64,000 nucleotides of DNA from an uncultured Pseudomonadota bacterium (GTDB lineage: Bacteria > UBA10199 > GCA-002796325 > CAYWXY01). The DNA lies in assembly GCA_964462555.1 (NCBI GenBank), contig CAYWXY010000001.1, positions 1,577 to 65,576 on the forward strand, given 5' to 3'. Made by a program: the position numbers and the translations under genes. A model generated the notes under the pieces. It did no database searches. It was given only the letters and a program-made list of their open reading frames with translations, and was not told where the DNA came from. Every line of letters begins with the position of its first letter. Position 1 is the first letter of the stretch. Of this stretch, positions 38,278-49,283 are shown piece by piece.

Positions 38278-38703
38278 CTATTTGTCGGATTCTGGATACA
38301 ATTCTTGGATTAAATTCATCAAAATCTCAATTTCGATGGCGAATTGCGATGTGACATTCATGATTTCACGTGGTTTTAGGTCTAAAAAGCCATTTATGGA
38401 CGTTCCTCGGAGATCCATCGCCATCAGCCAGATATCGGGCTCATTGATCCAGCTGAGGCGGACCCCTTCTTGAATGCAGGCGCGTGGGCTTAAGACATCG
38501 ATCCCCTGTTTGGAAAGGGAGATCTTGAGGAAATTGAGCGTCATGACGAAAAGATTCTCAAATCGTTTCATAAGGGCATCGAAGCAGAGAATCGCGTAAG
38601 GTTCGCTCGGTTTTTGCTCCTGATACGTCTCATAGGCCTCCTGGAATGATGTGAGTTTCTTTTGGAGGTCCTCGAGGGCCAATGTGAGCGTATAACGTTT
38701 CAT
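38278..38703 (-). CDS. HI0074-family nucleotidyltransferase-substrate-binding (HepT/HEPN-like) protein; the canonical Rx4-6H motif appears degenerate (RGTSINGF)
   Basis: ALMKRFENLFVMTLNFLKISLSKQGIDVLSPRACIQEGVRLSWINEPDIWLMAMDLRGTS resembles the ..IQRFEFTFELAWK..K..L...G....SPR..IREA......D...W..M...RN.TSHTY core. Confidence 0.5.
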   Translation of the reverse strand: MKRYTLTLALEDLQKKLTSFQEAYETYQEQKPSEPYAILCFDALMKRFENLFVMTLNFLKISLSKQGIDVLSPRACIQEGVRLSWINEPDIWLMAMDLRGTSINGFLDLKPREIMNVTSQFAIEIEILMNLIQELYPESDK

Positions 38704-38705
38704 CC

Positions 38706-39257
38706 CTAGTCCTTACTCGCGAATAGTGCCTTTTCGTCCGTATAGCCATGGAGCCGGACATATTGTTCCTGAATCATCAATTTGTACCAAAGGGGTGCCG
38801 CATTCAGATTGACGATGTCGATCCGATATGGAAAGGCGCTGTCGAACAATTTTTGGCGAAGAATGCCAAGTTCCTTCTCCTTTGGTGCCCGCGGAAAATA
38901 GACGGCAAAATTCCAGTCAGGCTTAGGGCCAAATTTTCCAATATCATTTGAGCTGAATAATAAGAGATCGGCCTTATATTTTTTCGCAAACTCAAAAAGC
39001 TGATATGAGATCACCTTGATTCTGTCGGGCGCCCTTTTCATTGCCTCGAAGGCCAAGGTCCGATCCGATGTCAAAACACGATAGTCGACATTCAGAAATT
39101 GGCGGATTTTTTCAAACGTCGAATTAAAAACGGACGAATCTTCAAACATATTGTAGATCGATTGTCTCGATATGCCGCAATAATCGGAGAGCTTGTTGAC
39201 GGAGACACCCCTCGTCTTCAGAATCGATTCAAGCTTCAATTTGTCCAAGTACAGCAT
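38706..39257 (-). CDS. HTH (XRE-like) domain fused to a minimal-nucleotidyltransferase-like domain (MntA-like partner; catalytic GS/DxD motif degenerate: FSS...DWN)
   Basis: N-terminal SVNKLSDYCGISRQSIYNMFED helix-turn-helix; C-terminal LLLFSSNDIGKFGPKPDWNFAVYF aligns to hG[GS]x9-13DxD of minimal NTases; 3-bp gap to the downstream HI0074-like gene. Confidence 0.45.
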   Translation of the reverse strand: MLYLDKLKLESILKTRGVSVNKLSDYCGISRQSIYNMFEDSSVFNSTFEKIRQFLNVDYRVLTSDRTLAFEAMKRAPDRIKVISYQLFEFAKKYKADLLLFSSNDIGKFGPKPDWNFAVYFPRAPKEKELGILRQKLFDSAFPYRIDIVNLNAAPLWYKLMIQEQYVRLHGYTDEKALFASKD

Positions 39258-39694
39258 AATTACTTGTATAATTAATAAGACAAAATGTCAAATATATAAG
39301 ACTACTCATGCTGGCGGTCATCTGTCGGCCCGAATGGAGGCCTATATATTGTTAAATATATGATAAATAAGGAATATATATGAGTAGATTATAGGCGAGC
39401 ATGGCCGAGGCCAAAAAATGGCCTAATTTTGTCTAAAATCGCTCTTCCCGACCCATTCCCCTCCTACCACGCTAAAAATCGCGAGAATCGAGAATGAGCG
39501 CGAGGAAATAATGCTGTAAAATCATATAGATACATGGATCTCCAGAGAAAAGTCAATAAAAACAAGCAGATAGGGCTATTGGCGATTTTGTGTTCGTATA
39601 ATGGGGCGGCGGAGAGTGCGGCGCATAATGAATGTCGTATAGTGTTACATGCTTTTCGGGCGATGGCGGGGTCTTCTTGTCGTCGGTCGACAAA

Positions 39695-39710
39695 TGTTTC
39701 ACGTGAAACA
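39695..39710. promoter_or_regulatory. parS centromere-like site, perfect 16-bp consensus TGTTTCACGTGAAACA
   Basis: Exact palindrome read directly; 155 bp upstream of parA. Confidence 0.85.
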
Positions 39711-39791
39711 TTTCGGTACCCGAAGATGAATTTTTTCAAAATAGGGAAGGGGCGATGCCATCACGAAGTTCACTTGGTCAAAAAAAGAAAT

Positions 39792-39807
39792 TGTTTCACG
39801 TGAAACA
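39792..39807. promoter_or_regulatory. Second perfect parS site TGTTTCACGTGAAACA
   Basis: Exact palindrome; 58 bp upstream of parA; followed by degenerate half-site TTTCACTTGAAAT. Confidence 0.85.
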
Positions 39808-39864
39808 ATTTCACTTGAAATAAGAGGCAAAAGTGTACTACGTAATAGATCACAAAAACGAGGG

Positions 39865-40677
39865 GTGTCTATGTCATCAATCATTGGAATCTGTAATCAA
39901 AAGGGTGGGGTCGGCAAGACGACGACAGCTGTATCTCTAGCGTCCTGTCTAGCCGCTGCTGAGAAGAGGACGCTTCTCATCGATATCGATCCTCAGGGAA
40001 ACGCAACGACAGGCCTAGGGATCGACAAACGAAACATTACAAAGAGCGTCTATGATCTGATGATTGGTCGCGCATCCGTTGGCGAATTGGCCTGTGACAC
40101 GATGATTGAACATCTCAAACTGATTCCATCCAATAATGAGCTTGCGGGTGCCGAGGTAGAGCTAGTCGGCATGATATCGAGAGAAACGCGACTGAAGACG
40201 GGCCTAAGGGCAGCTCATGACAATTACGATTACATTATCCTAGATTGTCCACCGTCATTGGGGCTTCTGACGCTGAACGCCATGACGGCAGCAGAATCGT
40301 TAGTCATTCCGGTACAATGCGAATATTATGCCATGGAGGGGATGGCCGACCTATACCAAACAATCAAACTGGTCCGTTCCCATCTGAATCCCCAGCTAAA
40401 GGTCATGGGGATCGTTCTAACGATGTTTGACGCACGAAATAATCTGTCTAGGCAGGTTGCAAGCGAGGTTCGGGAATACTTTAAGGAAGAGGTCTTTCAG
40501 GTCATCATACCGAGAAATGTAAAGCTTTCAGAGGCACCCAGCTATGGGAAACCGATACTTCTCTACGACGTTGCATCAAAGGGTGCGGAGAGCTATTTCG
40601 CGCTGGCCTCAGAGGTGATTGCCTTGACAGATAAGGCAAGGACCCAGGAGTCTGAGGCGCTGAGCACCGCTGAGTAA
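39865..40677 (+). CDS. parA: Chromosome partitioning ATPase ParA/Soj
   Basis: Deviant Walker A IGICNQKGGVGKTTTAVSLAS; 270 aa. Confidence 0.92.
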   Translation: MSMSSIIGICNQKGGVGKTTTAVSLASCLAAAEKRTLLIDIDPQGNATTGLGIDKRNITKSVYDLMIGRASVGELACDTMIEHLKLIPSNNELAGAEVELVGMISRETRLKTGLRAAHDNYDYIILDCPPSLGLLTLNAMTAAESLVIPVQCEYYAMEGMADLYQTIKLVRSHLNPQLKVMGIVLTMFDARNNLSRQVASEVREYFKEEVFQVIIPRNVKLSEAPSYGKPILLYDVASKGAESYFALASEVIALTDKARTQESEALSTAE

Positions 40678-40735
40678 TTAGATAAGTGGCTGATATTATT
40701 AAATATTGACTAGTCGCATAATATATGGAGGGGAC

Positions 40736-41617
40736 ATGCAATCACGCAAGGCCTTAGGAAAAGGGTTGGCATCATTAATCCCGAGTGAAACAAAAGTGAA
40801 GCTCGAAAACGGAACAAAGGTGCCGTACGAAAACATTGCCGTCGATGCGATCGTTCCAAACCGCATGCAACCGCGAAAAGAATTTTCCGAGGAATCACTT
40901 CAAGAGCTGGCCGCGTCGATTAAACAAAATGGAATCGTTCAGCCACTCATAGTAACGCCAGCGGTAAGCGGTCGATACGAATTAATAGCGGGGGAGAGAC
41001 GTCTTCGTGCATCAAAGATCGCCGGACTAGAAAAGGTGCCGGTCGTTGTGCGTGATGCAAGCACCGAGTTAATGTTGGAACTTGCAATCGTTGAAAATGT
41101 TCAACGTGAAGATTTAAACCCAATCGACGAAGCTCGGGCCTACAAAGAATTAATCGATGCGTTCGACTATACTCAAGATGAGGTTGCTGACAAGGTTTCG
41201 AAATCACGTCCACATGTTACAAATACGCTTCGGTTGCTCTATTTGCCGAAGGTGATTCAAGAGGACGTCGTCGTAGGACGCTTGAGCCCCGGGCATGCGC
41301 GGGCACTCCTTGCAATTTCCGATCTGCAGGAACAGTTGAAGATTCGGGAACATATTCTTCACTCGAAGTTGACTGTTCGCAATGTTGAGCGAATGATTCA
41401 GGAAAGCATCAAGGGCGGCAAGACAAAAGGGAAAGGGAAGAAAAGAAAGGTAGAGTTGTCACCTCAGATGAAGGCGTTGCAGGACGAAATGACTCATGGT
41501 CTAGGAACAAAAGTGTCATTCAATCCCGCCAGGAACAATAAAGGGGGGCAAGTCATTATCGAATACTATTCCATTCAAGATCTGAATCGAATATACAAAA
41601 AAATTATTACGGAGTAA
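40736..41617 (+). CDS. parB: Chromosome partitioning protein ParB/Spo0J (start at internal ATG 40736 with GGAGGGG RBS)
   Basis: GERRLRASKIAGLEKVPVVVRD ParB box; HTH region; 4x K-rich C-terminus. Confidence 0.9.
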   Translation: MQSRKALGKGLASLIPSETKVKLENGTKVPYENIAVDAIVPNRMQPRKEFSEESLQELAASIKQNGIVQPLIVTPAVSGRYELIAGERRLRASKIAGLEKVPVVVRDASTELMLELAIVENVQREDLNPIDEARAYKELIDAFDYTQDEVADKVSKSRPHVTNTLRLLYLPKVIQEDVVVGRLSPGHARALLAISDLQEQLKIREHILHSKLTVRNVERMIQESIKGGKTKGKGKKRKVELSPQMKALQDEMTHGLGTKVSFNPARNNKGGQVIIEYYSIQDLNRIYKKIITE

Positions 41618-41640
41618 TTTGAGTAGAAGGAGGAACGTTA

Positions 41641-42090
41641 ATGTTTGGTGCAAACGAAAAGGAGACGAAGGTGACTACAAAAAACGATCAAGTCAATGGT
41701 CTACTCGACAAGGGCTGTACCTTTGAAGGCAAATTGACCTTCGATGGTACCGTGCAAATCAACGGCGATTTTCAAGGAGAGATATACTCCGATGGAACGC
41801 TGGTGGTGGGCAACGACGCCAAGGTTACAGGTAAGATCTTTGTCGACACACTGGTCACGTATGGCCGCCTGGAAGGTGAGATTGCGGCCAAAAGCCGGAT
41901 CGAGATGCATATTCCGGCCGTGGTCGTGGGGAGCGTCAACACAAAGAGTCTTTCAGTGGAAGATGGCGTCATCTTTGAGGGCCAATGCCACATGGAAAAG
42001 AGTGGGGCGGAGAAGACCGAGACAACAGCCGTGAACTACGACAAAAATGACGATGCTGGAGAATCCGAAGAAGACGTTCTCGTCATGTAG
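41641..42090 (+). CDS. Bactofilin (DUF583) cytoskeletal protein
   Basis: Repetitive beta-helical pattern G.F.G.I.SDGTLVVGNDAKVTGKIFVDTLVTYGRLEGEI; acidic C-terminal tail. Confidence 0.8.
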   Translation: MFGANEKETKVTTKNDQVNGLLDKGCTFEGKLTFDGTVQINGDFQGEIYSDGTLVVGNDAKVTGKIFVDTLVTYGRLEGEIAAKSRIEMHIPAVVVGSVNTKSLSVEDGVIFEGQCHMEKSGAEKTETTAVNYDKNDDAGESEEDVLVM

Positions 42091-42111
42091 ATTAAGTCGG
42101 GGGAGAAGCAC

Positions 42112-42576
42112 TTGACAGAAGTCGAGTTGATACCAAAGATCGATTCGTTTGGGTCTGCCATACGTTACGCTGTGGCTGTTGGCCTGCACGGCATTCTTTT
42201 TTTGACACTTTTCTTTATTCTAAGGCGCTTAGTTTTTGCGCCACTCGCAAGAAGGGCCCACCGAAACGAAAACCTTCTCAAAAAGGCGGAGGAAGAGATC
42301 GAAATTCTTCAAAAAGAGAATAATATTCTTTTAGAGGAATATGAGGGTCGAATGGAGGGCGCTCGCCAGTTGGCCGTCGAGCGGCGAGAGGTGACGCGCA
42401 TGATGGGACAGTGGCGCGCCGATATGATTCTTGGGGATGTCAAGAGAGAGACCAATCGGGACCTCAAAAATGTGGTTAAAAAGGCAGAGGCGTCGCAACA
42501 GGCCGTCTTGCCAGTGGTGTCAGAGGAAATATCAAAGAGCGCCACTAAATTTGCGGAAAAAATCACCGAATCTTAA
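42112..42576 (+). CDS. atpF: F0F1 ATP synthase subunit b' (peripheral stalk)
   Basis: Single N-terminal TM then coiled coil; LRRLVFAPLARRAHRNENLLKKAEEE. Confidence 0.7.
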   Translation: MTEVELIPKIDSFGSAIRYAVAVGLHGILFLTLFFILRRLVFAPLARRAHRNENLLKKAEEEIEILQKENNILLEEYEGRMEGARQLAVERREVTRMMGQWRADMILGDVKRETNRDLKNVVKKAEASQQAVLPVVSEEISKSATKFAEKITES

Positions 42577-42587
42577 GTGGGTGGCCT

Positions 42588-43082
42588 ATGGGGGAGACAC
42601 TCTATCTTGCGTTATTGAATCTCGGACTGATTGTTGCCGGGGCCTACCTTTTAAGTCGCGGCAGAGTAAAGAGGTTCATAAAAAACCGATATATAATGAT
42701 TATGGCTCAGAGAAGGAACGTTGAGGCCGATCTTGGGGAGGCGAAGGCCAACAACAAGACCTTTCGGGCGCGAATGGAATCGATCCGGGACGATATCGAT
42801 CAGGCACTTGAAGATGCAGAGGTTGCCGGGGAGCACGACGGAAAAAAAATGCTAATCGATGCAGAAATAATGGCCGATCAAATTATTGGTAGATCGATGC
42901 AGCGGGCAGACCACGAAATCATGAAAAAGGATCGAGAATTTTATCACGACCTTGTTGAACGCTATGTTGAAGAAGTTGAGCAACAACTTAAGGGAAAGAC
43001 AACGCTGGAACAGCAGGTTCGTTGGGGGAAAAAGATATTAAGAAAAATTGAGGCCGGGGAGAGAAGAAGCGATGGACGCTAA
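42588..43082 (+). CDS. atpF: F0F1 ATP synthase subunit b
   Basis: N-terminal TM LYLALLNLGLIVAGAYLL then charged coiled coil; precedes atpH. Confidence 0.7.
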   Translation: MGETLYLALLNLGLIVAGAYLLSRGRVKRFIKNRYIMIMAQRRNVEADLGEAKANNKTFRARMESIRDDIDQALEDAEVAGEHDGKKMLIDAEIMADQIIGRSMQRADHEIMKKDREFYHDLVERYVEEVEQQLKGKTTLEQQVRWGKKILRKIEAGERRSDGR

Positions 43083-43632
43083 GATTGTCGGCAGACGATA
43101 TGCCGCAGCACTATATCGTCTGGCAAAGAAAGAACGGATTGAATATCGGCTCGAGACCGAGTTGAAGATGATTCAATGTCAGATTGAGGAATATCCCGAT
43201 TGGGGAGCACTTCTTGCTGATCACTTCATGCCGTCCTCTGAAAAATGTCTCATGTTGGATGAATTTGCAGGTGTTTCTGGGATTCATCGACACACACTAG
43301 CGCTCCTTAAAGTCCTTGTTGAAGAACGTCGGGTGGTCGTTTTTGAGGAAATTTATAAGGCCTTTAATAAGATGTGGCGGGAGGGGCGCGGAGAGATAGA
43401 GGTTGTTGTAACGGCAGCGCATCCAGAAGTTTTGGTTGAACTGAAAGAGGATATCCAAAAAACGCTTTACTCTGTGGGGAAAAGGTCGCCCATCGTTCGG
43501 GGAAAAGTAGATCCAGAGATTATAGGGGGTCTTCGTATTAAAATTGGCGATGTTGTTTATGATGGAAGTATTCGGGAACAACTCAAGAAGGTGCGGCGAG
43601 ACCTCCTTGTCGCGGCTGAGGCGGTTTCTTAA
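43072..43632 (+). CDS. atpH: F0F1 ATP synthase subunit delta (OSCP)
   Basis: RYAAALYRLAKK N-terminus and C-terminal GGLRIKIGDVVYDGSIREQL typical of delta. Confidence 0.8.
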   Translation: MDAKIVGRRYAAALYRLAKKERIEYRLETELKMIQCQIEEYPDWGALLADHFMPSSEKCLMLDEFAGVSGIHRHTLALLKVLVEERRVVVFEEIYKAFNKMWREGRGEIEVVVTAAHPEVLVELKEDIQKTLYSVGKRSPIVRGKVDPEIIGGLRIKIGDVVYDGSIREQLKKVRRDLLVAAEAVS

Positions 43633-43647
43633 CCAGCGGGGAATGAA

Positions 43648-45147
43648 ATGACATTAAAAATCAATGAAGTAAGCGAGTTGATCGAGCGACAGATCGAAAA
43701 TTATGGTCAATACATTGCGAAGGAAGAGGTGGGTGAGATTATCTCCGTGGGTGATGGTATTGCCCGCATTCATGGTTTGACGAAGGCGATTTCGGGCGAG
43801 CTTCTCGAGTTTCCGAATAACATTCGAGGAATGGTGCTAAATCTCGAAGAAGACAATGTCGGTGCCGTGATTATGGGCAATGATGAATTGTTGCGTGAAG
43901 GGGATGAGGTCAGGCGGACCGGAGAGGTGGTATCGGTCCCAGTAGGGGACGCGCTTCTCGGTCGCGTTGTTGACGCCCTGGGGCGGCCTCTTGATGGTAA
44001 GGGGCAACTACGGGCAAGCGAGCATCGTCCCGTTGAGTCAGAGGCCCCAGGAATTATTGATCGTCAACCGGTATCGGAGCCTCTTGAGACCGGAATCAAG
44101 ATCGTTGATGCCCTAACACCAATCGGACGGGGCCAGCGGGAGCTCATTATTGGCGATCGGCAAACGGGGAAAACGGCAATCGCAATTGATGCGATCATCA
44201 ATCAAAAAGGGCGTGATGTTTGCTGTATCTATGTGGCCATTGGTCAGAAGATGTCGACCGTAGCTCGCGTTGTGGACAAGTTAACACAGATGGGGGCCAT
44301 GGCCTACACCACCGTCATCAATTCATCAGCATCCGATCCAGCGCCACTCCAATTTCTAGCACCATACAGCGGGGCGGCCATGGGTGAACACTGGCGCGAC
44401 GATGGGAAACATGTCTTGATCATCTATGACGATCTTTCAAAACATGCGGTGGCCTATCGACAAATTTCACTCTTGCTTAGACGTCCACCAGGGCGGGAGG
44501 CCTATCCCGGCGATGTCTTTTACCTTCATTCACGTCTCCTCGAGCGTTCTGCAAAGATGAACGATGCGCTCGGCGCAGGATCGCTAACGGCCCTGCCTAT
44601 CGTCGAAACACAGGATGGTGATGTCACAGCCTATATTCCGACAAATATTATTTCGATGACCGATGGTCAAATTTACCTAGAGCCAGATCTCTTTTATGCG
44701 GGCGTTCGTCCCGCGATGAATGTCGGTCTTTCAGTTTCACGAGTAGGGGGGGCTGCACAGAGCGCGGCAATGAAAGAGGTTGGCGGACAGCTTCGAATCG
44801 AGCTTGCGCAATATCGGGAGTTGGAGAGTTTTTCACAATTTGGTGGAGAACTTGACTTGGCGTCGAGAAAAAAGTTGGCACGTGGGCAAATATTGATAGA
44901 GGTCTTGAAGCAGAACCAGTTTGTACCCCTTTCGTCAGGCCTTCAGGTGATTCATCTCTATGCGGCGGTTCATGGCTGGTTGGACCATACTCCAGTTCAA
45001 CAGATAAAGGACCGAATGACGAAACTTTCTTCATTTATTACAAAGACAAACAAAGAAATTATTGCCGAAATCGAGACAAAGGGCGAATTGGACAGTTCGA
45101 TTAAGAAGTCGATTGACGAAATACTCGGAAGTTTTCAGTGGGGATAG
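43648..45147 (+). CDS. atpA: F0F1 ATP synthase subunit alpha
   Basis: Walker [19 protein letters not shown]; 499 aa; canonical alpha motifs. Confidence 0.95.
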   Translation: MTLKINEVSELIERQIENYGQYIAKEEVGEIISVGDGIARIHGLTKAISGELLEFPNNIRGMVLNLEEDNVGAVIMGNDELLREGDEVRRTGEVVSVPVGDALLGRVVDALGRPLDGKGQLRASEHRPVESEAPGIIDRQPVSEPLETGIKIVDALTPIGRGQRELIIGDRQTGKTAIAIDAIINQKGRDVCCIYVAIGQKMSTVARVVDKLTQMGAMAYTTVINSSASDPAPLQFLAPYSGAAMGEHWRDDGKHVLIIYDDLSKHAVAYRQISLLLRRPPGREAYPGDVFYLHSRLLERSAKMNDALGAGSLTALPIVETQDGDVTAYIPTNIISMTDGQIYLEPDLFYAGVRPAMNVGLSVSRVGGAAQSAAMKEVGGQLRIELAQYRELESFSQFGGELDLASRKKLARGQILIEVLKQNQFVPLSSGLQVIHLYAAVHGWLDHTPVQQIKDRMTKLSSFITKTNKEIIAEIETKGELDSSIKKSIDEILGSFQWG

Positions 45148-45150
45148 ACC

Positions 45151-46032
45151 GTGCAGAAGCTTAAGGAAATAAAAAAACGGATTCGATCGGTCCAGTCGAC
45201 GATGAAGATTACGGGCGCGATGCGGATGATCTCAATATCCAAGCTCCGGGCAGCCCAGGGAAATGCAGAACGCTCCAGACTTTACTGTGATGGACTGAGA
45301 GATATAGCCCTCAGAATTGCAGCCAAAAGCAATGGTGAGGGGCACCCAGCTCTACTTCTGAAGTCAAACCCCAAAAAAGCAACACTGGTTGTGATCGCTT
45401 CTCAGAAGGGGTTCTGTGGAAACCTAAACGAGAATCTCTTTAATCAGATCAACCATTTTGTCCAAATGATGGAAGATCGTGGCACACACATGACAACGTT
45501 CGTCGCTGGGGCAAAGGGTTTTCGGCACTTCTCAAAGGGACAAATTGAATGTGAGCGGCTGGATGTGGGGATTGAGGATCTCCTCGTAAAGATTAAGCTC
45601 GAGGGGATTTGCCGACACCTGCTGCAGCTCTATCTTTCAGGCGAAACCGATCAGATTTTTTTGGCCTACCAGGGGTTTGAATCAATCACACGCCAGAGGG
45701 TCGAGCTGGAAATGTTTTTGCCAATCTGGGTTCGAGAGAGTGAAAGACCGAAGACTGGGAGTACAGTCGACTATCTTTACGAGCCATCAAAAGATGATGT
45801 GGTTGATATGCTTATTCAAAAAACACTTCGTTCAACTTTCTTTCAAGCCCTCTTGGAGAGCTGGGCGTCAGAATTGGCCGCCCGAATGGTGACGATGGAT
45901 CAAGCGCTGAGAAATGCACGTGATGTTGTGGGTCAGCTGACAAAGCAATATCATCATGTTCGACAAACGGTTATTACACGGGATCTGCTGGATATTGTCG
46001 GTGGGGCCGAGGCACTTCGAAATCAACAGTAA
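45151..46032 (+). CDS. atpG: F0F1 ATP synthase subunit gamma (GTG start)
   Basis: LKEIKKRIRSVQSTMKITGAMRMISISKLRAAQ N-terminus; conserved C-terminal helix. Confidence 0.92.
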   Translation: MQKLKEIKKRIRSVQSTMKITGAMRMISISKLRAAQGNAERSRLYCDGLRDIALRIAAKSNGEGHPALLLKSNPKKATLVVIASQKGFCGNLNENLFNQINHFVQMMEDRGTHMTTFVAGAKGFRHFSKGQIECERLDVGIEDLLVKIKLEGICRHLLQLYLSGETDQIFLAYQGFESITRQRVELEMFLPIWVRESERPKTGSTVDYLYEPSKDDVVDMLIQKTLRSTFFQALLESWASELAARMVTMDQALRNARDVVGQLTKQYHHVRQTVITRDLLDIVGGAEALRNQQ

Positions 46033-47448
<1,416 letters not shown>

Positions 47449-47451
47449 GGC

Positions 47452-47703
47452 GTGCAGCTTAAGGTGATTACACGCGAAGGCATACAGGTTGAACAGGAGG
47501 TAGGAGATGTTTCACTTCCGGTTCATGATGGGCGTCTCCAGGTTCTAAATGAGCATACAGACGCTATCCTTCAAATCGAGGAGGGGGATATCCAATTTGA
47601 TAGATCAACTCTGGCTGTTGGCCGTGGGTTGGCACATGTTGTAAATCATGAAATAACGATTTTTGTAGAGGGAGTTCGTGGGCGTGTACGACCAAAAATG
47701 TAA
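47452..47703 (+). CDS. atpC: F0F1 ATP synthase subunit epsilon, short form (beta-sandwich domain only, 83 aa; GTG start)
   Basis: LKVITREG...DVSLPVHDGRLQVLNEHTDAI...; lacks the C-terminal two-helix regulatory domain. Confidence 0.75.
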   Translation: MQLKVITREGIQVEQEVGDVSLPVHDGRLQVLNEHTDAILQIEEGDIQFDRSTLAVGRGLAHVVNHEITIFVEGVRGRVRPKM

Positions 47704-48316
47704 AGCTTGGAAAAAAACAATCTTTTTGGCAGGTCTCCTCCTGTTTTTTATGACGTCACGGGTGACATGGGGAAGTCAGCTGTTGGATGAGTTTAGCGCT
47801 ATCTACCATAGCGGGGTAATTATTGAGGTCGGCGTTCAGCTCGATCGCTTTGGCCATCCGAAAGAAAGTTGCCACTTGAAGACAATTAAAGGGGGTCGCG
47901 AAGAGGTTGACGAAGTTCTCAAGCAGTTCGGCGTCTGTAAAAAGAGAAGGAATATGAAGGTTGAACAAAAGCGTCTCATGTTTCTCTATCGAAACGGTAA
48001 CGGCAATTATCGTTCAATGAACCTCATTCGAAAGGGCGTAGGTCCGTATTCGGATCAGCCGATGTACAAAGACTTTCAGAATTTCATTAAAAAGGTAATT
48101 CGGTGGACAGGTAATCAAACAATCTCTCCAAGCGGCATGATTGTCCTTAAAGATTCAAAAATATGCGAAACGCTTAAAAAGAACGACTATTTTAAGACAC
48201 GTTATCCGGAGTCAATATCCTCTGACGAATTTGTCGCTGGTGGAGATGCTGGAATGTTCCAAAAGTTTTCACCCCTGGTTCGTATTCAATGTGGCGGGGA
48301 AGATCAATCTTTATAG
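47678..48316 (+). CDS. Hypothetical secreted protein (alternative GTG start; overlaps atpC end)
   Basis: KKTIFLAGLLLFFMTSRVTWGS signal-peptide-like N-terminus; no recognizable domain. Confidence 0.4.
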   Translation: MGVYDQKCKAWKKTIFLAGLLLFFMTSRVTWGSQLLDEFSAIYHSGVIIEVGVQLDRFGHPKESCHLKTIKGGREEVDEVLKQFGVCKKRRNMKVEQKRLMFLYRNGNGNYRSMNLIRKGVGPYSDQPMYKDFQNFIKKVIRWTGNQTISPSGMIVLKDSKICETLKKNDYFKTRYPESISSDEFVAGGDAGMFQKFSPLVRIQCGGEDQSL

Positions 48317-48771
48317 ATGGATCGGATGGTCCTCGTTGAGTCGCTTTTGACCAAGCGGAAGGATGGTCGTAAGTTTAAATCAAAAGATTCGAGAATTTTC
48401 TCCTTTTCGAAATCCGCCGGCCGATCGGGATCTCGCCGAAGCCCATATTTAAGCTGCGCCGCGTGCTCAAATGCGGAGATGACCTCACGAATGCAATAAT
48501 CAGAATAGTCCTCTTCAAAACCTTCACAAATAATATCTTCACGGATGTCGCCCAAATAATCGATGATCTCTTGGATAAACCAACTCTCATGATCGCGTGG
48601 AAGGGGAGTATAATAAGTAGCAGTCATTCTTAGAATCAAACGACGAACGTCACTGAGGATGCGATGAAGCGCCACCACCGGCTTACCGAGACGACGTTGA
48701 ATCAGAAGGTAGGAGATGAGGTCTCCAAGGCGGGCGATATCTGCTTCGGGTATAATTTTGCGCCCCACCAT
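48304..48771 (-). CDS. Hypothetical protein (probable start MVGRKIIPEA; weak MazG-like EADIARLGDLISYLLIQRRLG motif)
   Basis: Part of the listed ORF 48304-48873 downstream of the repeat element; upstream 34 codons are translation of the intergenic hairpin repeats. Confidence 0.35.
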   Translation of the reverse strand: MVGRKIIPEADIARLGDLISYLLIQRRLGKPVVALHRILSDVRRLILRMTATYYTPLPRDHESWFIQEIIDYLGDIREDIICEGFEEDYSDYCIREVISAFEHAAQLKYGLRRDPDRPADFEKEKILESFDLNLRPSFRLVKSDSTRTIRSIYKD

Positions 48772-48784
48772 GGCATTTTTGTTT

Positions 48785-48843
48785 ATCGGGGTCAGACCCC
48801 TTTGTCTACTTATTTCAAAAAGTATGAAAAGGGGTCTGACCCC
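48785..48843. repeat. Second locus of the GGGGTC(A/T)GACCCC hairpin element: 27-nt core identical to 23712-23738 plus a second GGGGTCTGACCCC palindrome 30 nt downstream
   Basis: ATCGGGGTCAGACCCCTTTGTCTACTT at 48785-48811; GGGGTCTGACCCC at 48831-48843. Confidence 0.6.
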
Positions 48844-48914
48844 ATTAAAAAAAAGTGAAGGCCCGGCTCTCAAGGAGGGGGAACCTAGAGCCGGGACCTT
48901 CAGGGCAGCAGATA

Positions 48915-49280
48915 CTAACTTTCTTCACCTGCCGTTGGTGTCTCAAGTGAGAGGGAGGACTCTTTAACGAGTTTTGCGGTGGTGGGACCATCTGTCGTGA
49001 TATAGGGCAAAATCTTATTGAAGAGCTTCTGGCCAATACCCTTGACCTTCATTACATCCTCGGTGGTACTGAATTTCTCTGATTCACGATAGCTGGCGAT
49101 TGCGGAGGCCTTGGAGGGGCCGACGCCAGGGAGCAACACGAGTTCCTCGACGCCGGCACTATTGATATTGACGACCCCTTGGAGATGGACACCCTTTTTG
49201 GCCATTGCCAATTGGCTGATGCCTAAAACGAGGGCAATCAGGACAAAGAGGGGGACGATTCGCTGAAATTTCTTGAACAT
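48915..49280 (-). CDS. comEA: ComEA-like helix-hairpin-helix DNA-binding competence protein
   Basis: Signal/TM N-terminus; VNINSAGVEELVLLPGVGPSKASAIASYRESEKFSTTEDVMKVKGIGQKLFNKI is the canonical ComEA HhH tandem. Confidence 0.8.
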   Translation of the reverse strand: MFKKFQRIVPLFVLIALVLGISQLAMAKKGVHLQGVVNINSAGVEELVLLPGVGPSKASAIASYRESEKFSTTEDVMKVKGIGQKLFNKILPYITTDGPTTAKLVKESSLSLETPTAGEES

Positions 49281-49283
49281 GAC

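Noticed and set aside
38136-38473. ORFs 38136-38354(+) and 38282-38473(+)
   Set aside because: Antisense to the HI0074-like gene or in the structured intergenic segment; no start context
39464-39884. ORFs 39464-39739(-), 39534-39803(+), 39699-39884(-) upstream of parA
   Set aside because: The region carries two perfect parS palindromes and promoter-like AT-rich sequence. The ORFs are mutually overlapping with no RBS, so the region is most likely non-coding.
48664-48967. ORFs 48664-48858(+) and 48716-48967(+), and the N-terminal 34 codons of ORF 48304-48873(-)
   Set aside because: They are translations across the GGGGTCAGACCCC hairpin-repeat intergenic element
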